A stretch of 50,775 nt of DNA from assembly GCA_027035985.1 (NCBI GenBank), contig JALVTI010000030.1, forward strand, positions 1 to 50,775. The letters run 5' to 3'. The translations under genes were made by a program, and so were the position numbers. The stretch comes from Aquificales bacterium (GTDB lineage Bacteria; Aquificota; Aquificia; Aquificales; QOAS01). This document shows, piece by piece, positions 1-8,200 of the stretch. Under the pieces are notes generated by a model that was not told the DNA's origin, searched no databases, and was given only the letters and a program-made list of their open reading frames with translations. Numbering within the stretch: position 1 is the first letter of the stretch; each line of letters opens with the position of its first letter.

Positions 1-1918
1 AATACAACCTTAGGTTTAATTCTTTTTCCGCAACCTCTTGGAGTTGCTTAAACCACTCCTCCCCAACAAAGTGTCTGAAGAGAAACCTACCCGTTTCCGA
101 GCCGGTTATCTCGTCCATTATAAAGACTATGTCCCCAATGCCGTTGGAGATAAAGCGCTTTTCCAAAATTCTCTTTAAATCTTTAGGAATTTCCCCACCG
201 AAGGTGGGGCTTTGGTATTTGTCCAAAAAGAAACTTTTTATATGGTCAAAGGTGCTTCCCCCGTCTTTGCGCTTCACAACTGCTTGGGTGGCGAAAGCGA
301 CCAGTATCTCTTTACCCTTCAGGGGTTTGTTTTCATCCTCCAAAAGGTGGGCTACCGTTTTTAACAACCTGTTTAGGACTCCCCTTTCTCCCAACCTCCG
401 TTCGGAACTGGTCGTATAGGTGACCTCCCTAACGGTGGAATACCTTTCTTCCTCCTCCGAATGGTTTCCCAATCTTTTGAGTTTTACCTTTCCGAGTTTG
501 GGAATATTCACCTCCTCGGGAAGGGAAAAGTTTTCCTCCTTTGAGAGGTAAAAGACCGTATCGGGATGCTCCGATTGGGTGTAGAAGGCAACCATGTTTC
601 TGTTTTTCTTGCACCACTTTTCTATAAGTTCGGTGTTTAAAAAAGTCCTCGGGGAGGTGTAGAGGATTAGGCTATTTTTCCCAAAGAGTTCAAAAATAGT
701 TGTTGTTTTCCCTATACCGGGAACACCCAAATTGGCAACCCAACGGGAGTTTTTCAAAACCTCTCGGAAAACCTTTTTGTGTTTCTTTCTCTTTTCCCTA
801 TTTAAGCGGTATTCCTTATCTATTCTCCAAACCTCTTTTAGGATTAGATGCTCATCGCTATTGGTCTTTAGGGGTTGAATTTCTACCTCTATCCCCTTTG
901 CGGGTGAGCTTAAGTTCATAAAAAACTTTTGGAGTTTTTCGGTGTATTCCTCCATAAAGCGGTTTCTGTTTTTATCGCCTCCACTTACGGAGGAATAGAT
1001 CTCCCTCGCTTTCCCCAAGAGGTTTAGAACTTCCCTTAGTTTCACCTTTGGGGAAAAACTTATCTGCGCAACCTTGTGGAGTGTTATACCGAATACCCTA
1101 AGCACTAAGGGAGTTTTTTCGTCGATTATCCCCTTTTGGAGGAGAAGTTTTAAATACTCCCCCGCGTAGGAGCTCGCCTGAACGAGTTTTGCAACTTCCC
1201 TATTCTTCCACTCCAAAAGTTGGAAAAATTCCCTTAACCTTTCGGGGTCTTCGGTTTTTAATTCCAACAACTTGTTTAGGAGCTCTTTAAAATTCCCTCC
1301 ACCCTTTAGGTTTATCGGTTTAAAAAGGTAACCTTGTCTAATTCCTTCACGGTCGGTGTTATAAATTTTGGTTAAACCGCTCTGGTATAGGTCGGGAGAG
1401 TTTAAACTGTCGTATCCCCCAAAAAGGTCGCTTGCGCCGTATAAACTCAAATCCGCAACCGTTATATAGTGCAATTTCCCCTTGATGGTAAAGTGCAAGA
1501 CTAAATCCGCGTGTAGGAGGGAACCCTTTTCATCTTTAACGAATTCCCCCGAAAGGTTTCCGAATTTTTCCCCAAACCTTTGAAGGAAGAAATTCCTATC
1601 GTCCTCAATAGGTATGGGTTTTCCGTAATAGAAAAACACCGCCGGATTGATATTTTTCAAATCCTCCAAAAGTTTCTTTCCAAATGTATACCCTTGGGTG
1701 AAGTAGGTAAATAAAACCCTCGAAAGGGATTGTTTGAAAAGCTCTGTAATCCTCGAACCGGAAAAGATGTTTAACGCATAACCTATAAGGGGATAATTTT
1801 CAAATTCCTTCAACCAATAGGGGTGGAAATTTAGATTTTCTTTTAAAGCCTTTAAAAGTCCGATATTGAAAAGGGACTCGTAGAGGTAGCCGAGTTTTCT
1901 CTCTTTATTAGAGAACAT
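1..1918 (-). CDS. P-loop NTPase, SF1-helicase-like, with about 390 aa of unassigned N-terminal region; partial, 3' end runs off the left edge
   Basis: Absent from the ORF track because there is no stop in the window. My translation of the minus strand from ATG 1918-1916 (MFSNKERKLGYLYESLF...) stays open to nt 1, and the frame is consistent at both ends. Walker A is LGVPGIGKTTT (nt ~698-727). Walker B-like IVFIMDEITGSE (nt ~95-130) lies about 215 residues later, a spacing typical of SF1/Upf1-like helicases with a 1B insertion. The + strand ORFs 129..419 and 700..921 and the - strand ORF 429..617 are shadow frames. Confidence 0.6.
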   Translation of the reverse strand, partial: MFSNKERKLGYLYESLFNIGLLKALKENLNFHPYWLKEFENYPLIGYALNIFSGSRITELFKQSLSRVLFTYFTQGYTFGKKLLEDLKNINPAVFFYYGKPIPIEDDRNFFLQRFGEKFGNLSGEFVKDEKGSLLHADLVLHFTIKGKLHYITVADLSLYGASDLFGGYDSLNSPDLYQSGLTKIYNTDREGIRQGYLFKPINLKGGGNFKELLNKLLELKTEDPERLREFFQLLEWKNREVAKLVQASSYAGEYLKLLLQKGIIDEKTPLVLRVFGITLHKVAQISFSPKVKLREVLNLLGKAREIYSSVSGGDKNRNRFMEEYTEKLQKFFMNLSSPAKGIEVEIQPLKTNSDEHLILKEVWRIDKEYRLNREKRKKHKKVFREVLKNSRWVANLGVPGIGKTTTIFELFGKNSLILYTSPRTFLNTELIEKWCKKNRNMVAFYTQSEHPDTVFYLSKEENFSLPEEVNIPKLGKVKLKRLGNHSEEEERYSTVREVTYTTSSERRLGERGVLNRLLKTVAHLLEDENKPLKGKEILVAFATQAVVKRKDGGSTFDHIKSFFLDKYQSPTFGGEIPKDLKRILEKRFISNGIGDIVFIMDEITGSETGRFLFRHFVGEEWFKQLQEVAEKELNLRLY

Positions 1919-1971
1919 GGATTAGTTATAGATATAGCAAAAGGAAGAAAAAATTTGAGAAACCCACAATG

Positions 1972-2271
1972 CTATTCGTTTCTATATAAGCTCGCTACAC
2001 AATGACCACAGATATTAATACCAGATAAAACTTGTAGGCTTTCAGCGACTGCCAAAGCTTCGTTTTTGGATAAATTTTCAAATGGCTTAAATATACTTCT
2101 ATTTACATAGATACCCATTTCTTGACAATTTGTTTCATTTATTGTTCCACATAATGCCCTTCCATTATTCAAAATATGAACCTCTCTTGTGTTTTCATAA
2201 AAACAAAGAGCGTATCCCATTGCCACATACCCCCCTAATGAAATTTGTTTTCCTAACGAACAATTTATCAA
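1972..2271 (-). CDS. small Cys-rich hypothetical protein, directly upstream of and co-oriented with the P-loop gene
   Basis: 99-codon ORF with six Cys, including ICGHC near the C-terminus. The ORF-track start is TTG. A better start is ATG at 2220 (MGYALCFYENT...), 9 nt after a GGGGGG Shine-Dalgarno-like run. A 53-nt gap to the next gene suggests an operon. I recognise no family. Confidence 0.35.
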   Translation of the reverse strand: MINCSLGKQISLGGYVAMGYALCFYENTREVHILNNGRALCGTINETNCQEMGIYVNRSIFKPFENLSKNEALAVAESLQVLSGINICGHCVASLYRNE

Positions 2272-2532
2272 GAAAGTTCCGTAATGTCAACACTATTTGT
2301 ATAACCTTCAAATTAACCTAATTAAGGAGTTAGGAAAGTGGTTTTTCAATGTTTCTCTACTAATTGTGGGAGCTTTAATCATTCAACCATTTATGAAAGA
2401 CTCTTTATCCAAAAAGTTAGTAGGTATAGGATTACTAAAATTTACTTAACGATTTTGTTTGTATGAACTTAGAAGGAAAGGAAAAATTTAGGGAACATCC
2501 TTGTTTCCTTTCTTCTTTATCGGAAAACATTT

Positions 2533-2889
2533 CTATAAGATGTTTCCAACTTTTACTTGAACATCAATAATATCATAATCAACTATGGGAACTAACTTCC
2601 TACCTTTTCTTTCAAGTTTCAGAAAACCCGCTTTTTCTAAAAGAATCACATCCTCGTAAATATTTTTGTAATCCCTGTTTACGATTTCCGCAAGCTGCTT
2701 AAGGGAAGAAGGTTTTTTATTTTTTATCACATCAAGTAACTTTTTCCTTTGGGGAGTTAGAATACGGTTTAATTCCTCTATAGACCCAACGGAAATATAT
2801 TCAATTTTTCCTTTTTGAGTAGCAACTGTTTCCTTTATTTCTTCCCAAAATTCGTTGAAATCTTCAACAATAACTTTTTTAACCTTCAT
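2533..2889 (-). CDS. TumA-like / HVO_A0114-family winged-HTH antitoxin
   Basis: 118 aa. The segment LTPQRKKLLDVIKNKKPSSLKQLAEIVNRDYKNIYEDVILLEKAGFLKLERKGRKLVPIV matches the MarR-like HTH pattern of antitoxins paired with DUF6516 toxins. It overlaps the upstream gene by 4 nt (ATGA), indicating coupling. Confidence 0.65.
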   Translation of the reverse strand: MKVKKVIVEDFNEFWEEIKETVATQKGKIEYISVGSIEELNRILTPQRKKLLDVIKNKKPSSLKQLAEIVNRDYKNIYEDVILLEKAGFLKLERKGRKLVPIVDYDIIDVQVKVGNIL

Positions 2890-3215
2890 ATTTCAACCTC
2901 CTTTAAAAGTTCTTTTAAATCTTTTTTGAAATCTTCCAATAGGTTATCTATGCTTTCAAATCTATAAATGTGTCTTTTTCCTTTTATATGCTTGTGGTGT
3001 CCCTCACATCTGTGGTTATCGTATCTCAAAAATTCTCCATCAAATTTTCCTGAACATTCGTCGTATAACGCAAAAACTAAAGAATATTTGTAACCTTCGG
3101 GGTAGCAATTATCTTTCCTTACTCTCCATATCTTTATTTCCAATATTCCCAGAAGTTTTCCTTTCTTGGAGAATATAGGTCTTTTAACGTGAAGTTCCAA
3201 TTCAGCATTAGGCAT
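2886..3215 (-). CDS. TumE-like (DUF6516) toxin component
   Basis: 109 aa. The His-rich core LRYDNHRCEGHHKHIKGKRHIY resembles the (Y)DN.PHH...HHKH signature of the DUF6516/TumE family. It is the first gene of a two-gene operon with the HTH protein. Confidence 0.6.
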   Translation of the reverse strand: MPNAELELHVKRPIFSKKGKLLGILEIKIWRVRKDNCYPEGYKYSLVFALYDECSGKFDGEFLRYDNHRCEGHHKHIKGKRHIYRFESIDNLLEDFKKDLKELLKEVEI

Positions 3216-3234
3216 TATGGTTTAATATACCATA
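3216..3234. promoter_or_regulatory. inverted repeat TATGGT-N7-ACCATA abutting the start codon of the TumE-like gene; possible autoregulatory operator or 5' hairpin
   Basis: Read directly: tatggt ttaatat accata, immediately 5' of ATG 3215 on the minus strand. TA operons are commonly autoregulated through palindromic operators. Confidence 0.3.
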
Positions 3235-3415
3235 AAAATTAATAAACATTTCCGCAGTGTTCTATTCGGATAACGAGAATAATTATCTGAATACCTCGTC
3301 CGCGGGTATAACTTCGGTTTTACCTTCTTTCAGTTTTTTCAAGCTCTCGGGCTAATGCTTCATCAAGGTTTATATTTAGTTTTAACCACTAAAGTGTGTA
3401 TTATTGTGTGTATTT

Positions 3416-3805
3416 TTATACTCCTACCTTTGTTTTAAACAATTCATTTAACAATTTACTTATTGTTAGTGCTATCTGTACCAATTCTTTTCTGGAGAAT
3501 TTAGGAGCTTCTAATAACTCTAGACCGGTATTTCCTACAGTGTTTCCTTTTCCTTTAACAAATCTTTTGATAAGTTCTAGGTTTTCTTCTATTTGTGGGG
3601 TAATTTCGTAACCATGTTCGGTTTTCTTAGGAATACCACCTTCCAAAGTGATAATTCCCTTCGGTTTAAGAATTGTTTCCCTGTAAGAGAGATGGATTTC
3701 TTCGGAGACTTCGCGGGAACCCAGTTTTAAATAAACCGTTCCATTATCTAGGGTTCCAACCTCTAAAGGTGCATCGGGATAAATTGCTTTAATACCTTCT
3801 GCCAA
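3416..3805 (-). CDS. hypothetical 129-aa protein downstream of an AbrB-type antitoxin; candidate unassigned toxin
   Basis: ORF with a TTG start. GGAGGA lies 13 nt upstream and AAGGAGG 20 nt upstream. I can see no PIN, MazF, RelE or Doc motifs. Its position after an AbrB/SpoVT-fold gene is typical of a toxin. Confidence 0.45.
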   Translation of the reverse strand: MAEGIKAIYPDAPLEVGTLDNGTVYLKLGSREVSEEIHLSYRETILKPKGIITLEGGIPKKTEHGYEITPQIEENLELIKRFVKGKGNTVGNTGLELLEAPKFSRKELVQIALTISKLLNELFKTKVGV

Positions 3806-3832
3806 TTCTTTAAAAAATTCCTCCGCCTCCTT

Positions 3833-4099
3833 TTAAGCTCCTCTTAATAAGTAATATTCCTCCCTGTTAAGGTCTTTCAGAGAGGTTTGAGGTAATTTTC
3901 CTATTTGCGGTTTTCTTCGGAGAATTACTTCTCCTTTGGATGGGTTTACTTCTGCAATAATTTCCCCACCATTTTTGTAGTCTATTCCCAAAGTTTCCAA
4001 AAACAACTTAGGTAGATTTATATTTCCCCGACTGTAAACTTTGAGTCGGGTTAAAGCAAATTCTTTTTCCTTTTTGGGTTTGGCTATTAACAACTTCAT
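3833..4099 (-). CDS. AbrB/SpoVT/MazE-type antitoxin-like DNA-binding protein
   Basis: Swapped-hairpin pattern RGNINLPKLFLETLGIDYKNGGEIIAEVNPSKGEVILRR. The ORF track extends to 4183, but ATG 4099 (MKLLIAKPKK...) is preceded by GAGGGG at suitable spacing, so I use 4099. Confidence 0.6.
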   Translation of the reverse strand: MKLLIAKPKKEKEFALTRLKVYSRGNINLPKLFLETLGIDYKNGGEIIAEVNPSKGEVILRRKPQIGKLPQTSLKDLNREEYYLLRGA

Positions 4100-4121
4100 T
4101 TTTATCCCCTCATTGGAATAA

Positions 4122-4478
4122 TACTCAGTAGTTTTCAGACTTTTTGACGAAAATGCGGAACATGATTTAAAGGAAGAAATCAAACAAATTTTGTTTAATG
4201 AGTGAATTTTTATTCCCTGTGAAGTAATAGTAGAACTGTCTTACCTTTTAAGGACGAGGTTAAAAAAGAGTAAACCCGAAGTGGTGGAAATTGTTTCCTG
4301 GCTATTTTTAAGGGAGAATGTGGAACTTGAACCCGAATGTCTATCCGCTTTAAGCCTTTGGAAAAACTCAACTTTGGATAAATTGGTAGATGCTCTAATA
4401 ATTGTAAAGTCCAAAAAAAGGAATTGCTTATTAGTTACCTTGGATGAGGAAATGTTTAAAGTTTATAGTGAAATGTAA
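4122..4478 (+). pseudogene. decayed PIN-domain (VapC-like) gene: no start codon and an in-frame TGA at 4203-4205
   Basis: The frame is open from 4122. It reads ...FRLFDENAEHDLKEEIKQILFNE*IFIPCEVIVELSYLL...LVDALIIVKSKKRNCLLVTLDEEMF. PIN-like acidic positions are present (FD, VxE, D-A-L-I, VTLD). There is no ATG/GTG/TTG upstream of the first acidic motif. The ORF track lists only the GTG-started tail, 4281..4478. Confidence 0.45.
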
Positions 4479-4488
4479 AAACCTAAAT

Positions 4489-5268
4489 TTAGTCCACCCC
4501 CAAACACCCCTTACACACCCTAATCTCTCTAAAGCGGAAACCTCCGTTTTCCTTCCTCTCGGGGTAGGTTATAACAGCCAATTCCTCTATAGGTTTTTCC
4601 ATTCCGCACTTCTCACAACGGAGGGTAGAAAATTTTTCCACCGCCAAGTGGTTGTTTAGAAACTTATCCATATAGGGATTCCAAATCGTTAAAAGTTCAA
4701 ACTCCGAGAGGATATCGATTAAATTGTGTTGCGCTATTAGGTTTAAGGGTTCCAAGTTTCCACTCCTTAGGTGTTCTTCCCAAAGGTTTTTAACCTCTCC
4801 GCTGTCTATGTCCCAATCGGAAAAACCGAAATAGTGGAAAAATCTCGGATGTATCAACTCACGGAGTTTGGGAGTTTTATGCCACCTCTTTAGGTCTCTT
4901 ATTTTGTAGGTTATACCCATTGCGGGTTTCATTATTTCTTTAACCCGCAATTGGATACCTAAATGGGTTCTAAGCCATTCACTCTCAAAGGGAGCGTTGT
5001 AGGCATAAAACTCCTTTTCACGTGCGAGTTTTTCTATAAACCCTTTAAATTTGGAATAAAAATCCTCCTTGCCAAGTTTTTTGGTTCTCAAAAGCACAAT
5101 TGCGGTTTTTCCGTAAACGAATCCTCCGCAAATGATTTCTCCCTTTTGCGGGTCGTAATCGGTGGTTTCGAAGTCTAAAACAACCCCTTCGAAGTTTACT
5201 TTTGGTTGCAACTCCAAAAGGATGTAATAGAGTCCATCTCCATTTAGTTTGCCGTTTACCAAAACCAT
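4489..5268 (-). CDS. RNase H-like-fold 3'-5' exonuclease (DEDD/YprB-like) with C-terminal Cys4 zinc ribbon
   Basis: 259 aa. Exo I is VVLDFETTD. Exo II-like is AYNAPFESEWL. Exo III-like is AQHNLIDIL. The C-terminus carries CEKCG...(27 aa)...CKGC. Confidence 0.65.
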   Translation of the reverse strand: MVLVNGKLNGDGLYYILLELQPKVNFEGVVLDFETTDYDPQKGEIICGGFVYGKTAIVLLRTKKLGKEDFYSKFKGFIEKLAREKEFYAYNAPFESEWLRTHLGIQLRVKEIMKPAMGITYKIRDLKRWHKTPKLRELIHPRFFHYFGFSDWDIDSGEVKNLWEEHLRSGNLEPLNLIAQHNLIDILSEFELLTIWNPYMDKFLNNHLAVEKFSTLRCEKCGMEKPIEELAVITYPERKENGGFRFREIRVCKGCLGVD

Positions 5269-8200
5269 TTGTTTTGCTAATTATTTTAATATGATTTACC
5301 AGCTTAGGGAGGAACCCCAAAGGTGTTTGACCCTAAAAGAGGAAGTTTTCAAAAAATTTATAGAACTGTTTAAAGAAAAATTGAAAAAGCAATCCTCTTT
5401 TAGGAACGGGGAAGATGTTTTCAATTTTTCCAAAGAGGTGGCGATAGAGTTCGAAAAGAGATTCCCGAAAATATCCGAAGTTTTTAACGGAAAACCCTGC
5501 GATTGTAAAAAATTCTTTGAAATTTTTACCGAAAAGCAGTTGGCGGAGATAAGAAAACTTTCAAAGGAAATCCAAATAAATGTAGAGTTAAAAAGCTTTA
5601 AAGAGTCTTTGGAGGATTATGTAAAACAGAATTTTGAACTTTTTAAAAAACGTCTAAAGGTAGAGGGATATACCGAAGATGAGATAAAAAAGGCATGGGA
5701 AGAAAATTTCAAATTTTTTGAGGGACTAATAAAGGAAGATACAACCTACTACACCCGAATAGCCTCTTTGAGGATAAAGGATAAAACGGAAAAACCCAAC
5801 GAGTCCGACCCTTACTTTTTGACTTACCTATTGGTGTTTGAATTGGAGAAAAGCTCCCGCTCGGAGGAATTTAAAAACCTAAAGGAATCCCTTTTCGGGG
5901 GAAAAATTGAGTCGGTTGAGGAAACTTTAAAAGAATTGGTCGCCCAAAAGTGGGAGAGTAATGTTGACGAATTGTTAGCAGACCTCGGTATAGTTGACGA
6001 AGATTTTGACAACAAATGGGAGGAAAAGAGGGAGGATATTCTTAAAATCGTTGAGGACCTATTCGATGCAATAGATTCCACCGTAAGGAGCAGAATAGAG
6101 GCCGAACACTTTAGGGATTTAATAGAGTTTGCCAAAGAGAGGATTGAAGACAGAAATTTATCTGAACCTTTAAAAGTAATTGAAGAAAACCTAAACCTTT
6201 TAAGGGAAATTTACGAAAACAATGCCGATTTGGGGAACATAATCGTAGAGGCTATCCCCGTAGGGTTTGAATTTTGGGACAAAATAACCGATTACGCGGT
6301 TGAGAAAGACTTTAGGCACTTCCTATACACCTACAAAATGAAAATTAACGACATTGCGGAAGGTGCAATAGATAACCATTTGTTAAAACCCAAATGGGTT
6401 AAATTGCCCGACATAAAAAACCGTGCGGATTACTTTATCGCCCAAGGGATACTTTTTAAGGAAATAGTTAGGAATTTAGACACTATAGAAAATGAAAAAG
6501 AAAAATTGGGAACCGATGCGGTTAAAAAACTTCCCTCTTACCTAAAGGGTTTTATAAAGGCACTCTTCTATTACGGGAAGGCGGATATAGAAACCATTGA
6601 GAGGTTTTATAACTACTACGAACAGGTTCAAGTTATAGTCTCCAATTGGTTGGCAAGAAGGAGTGACGAGAGAACCTTTAGCGAAACGGATAGGGAATTT
6701 TTAACCCGAATAGGGGATGAAATTGAAAGATTACTCCCACCGTTGGAGGGAAACAAAGAACGATTTGAGGAGCTTTACGGATATATAGCTCAAAACCTAA
6801 TAAAGGAATTTGTTGAAAAGGTTCTACCCTCCAACGGTAGGGAGCTTTTCGTCGCGGTGGATTTCCATTCCTTGGCGGAGGCTACAAAAAGATTCCTTTC
6901 TGATGGAGAAAGACCTTCCAAAACCCGCATTTATAGGGGTCTTTTGAAAGTCCTAACCCAAAAGGAGGAACTGGAAAACTTCGAATACATCTTTAGGGTG
7001 AAAAATGCCGTTCAAAACCACTTATTGGATTTGGATAGAGAGGTTTCCCCTAAATTGGAGAAATTGAAACCTATAAAAGACCTGAAAGGGTTTTTCACCT
7101 TAACGGCGGAACTATCTGACGAGCGGCTACCTAGTGAGAAACAATCTTTTAAATTGGGATTTATTTTAAGTTTCCTTTTGCTAACCTCACTAATAGCCTC
7201 GCGAAGCGGGGGAATTTTAGAGGGTTTTTCACTACCCCACTCCTTCAGTGATAGGGAAGACGAGATAATAAACAGATATAGAGATTTACTCTATGCACTT
7301 GTAGGGGCTTCGGTTTTTGCGATAAATTCCGACAAAGTAGCGGCGGTTCAAAACTTTAATTGGAGTAATGTATTTAAAAAAGAACCTTTTAGAAAAGATA
7401 AAAATAAAAACCTCTACAAGGCTATAAATAACCTTTTAAATACCCGTTTGTTGGTGAACAGTAAAATTAAAAACGGCTTAACCTCCCTCTATTCCAATCT
7501 ACCCTTTGAGGTTGAAGGTTTAAACCTAAGCCAAAAAGTGGCAATCTTGGCACTTTCCCACCCTACGAAGGTGGATAAAAACTTAAAAGCCGTTTTGGGG
7601 GAAGCTTACATTTTTGAACCCATCAAGGGAAAGGATTTGTTTAAAACCTCCAAAGGTGTAAGAGTTTTTAGGAAAACCTTTAGTGGTGTTTACAGCTTTA
7701 TAGAAAAAGACCAAAAAGGGGAATTCGCGGATTGCAAGACCGTTTTGAGTGATTTCCTAAAAACTTTAAAGAAACTCGGGGTGGAAAAGGTCTATTTAAT
7801 TCCACCCTTACCCATATATAGGGGTTTATCAACAAAGGAGGACTTTTTAAGGGAGCTCTATTTCTCCGACCTACTTGCGGAGGTTGGGGAGGAAATTGAA
7901 ATACCTCTAAGGTTGGTTTTCTCGAGCTTCGGAATAGTTTATACCCCCGAGCTAAGCAACTTCAAAAGGAGAATAAAGGAATTTCTGAAAAAGGAAGGTT
8001 TAATTATTAAAACGGACAAGAAAGGAGAAGAAAAGAGGGGAATAATAGCGGTAAACCTGTTTAAAAACATTGAGAAAATAACCCCGCGGAGCGGGGCTAT
8101 GCCATTTATTACCCCGAAATTTGCGATAATTCCGCTCTTTTCTATGGAGGAGGGCAAGGAGGGAAGCGTTGAAAAGACGCTATTCCACCACGCGTTTATA

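Noticed and set aside
129-921. ORFs 129..419 (+), 429..617 (-) and 700..921 (+).
   Set aside because: All fall inside the long minus-strand P-loop gene, in other frames or on the other strand.
3260-3400. Short minus-strand reading frames in the 200-bp gap upstream of the TumE-like gene that read like an RHH antitoxin fragment (…LNINLDEALARELEK… and …LKKLKEGKTEVIPADEVFR).
   Set aside because: There is no start codon in the first frame. The two pieces are in different frames, separated at an A-run, and are very short. At best this is an eroded remnant and it cannot be supported as a feature.
3806-3835. Stop-codon readthrough fusing the AbrB-like protein and the 129-aa protein, which share a frame across a single TAA.
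   Set aside because: Sharing a frame has a one-in-three chance. Two Shine-Dalgarno-like elements (AAGGAGG, GGAGGA) lie exactly in the junction, which favours independent initiation at TTG 3805. It is kept only as a note in the corresponding finding.
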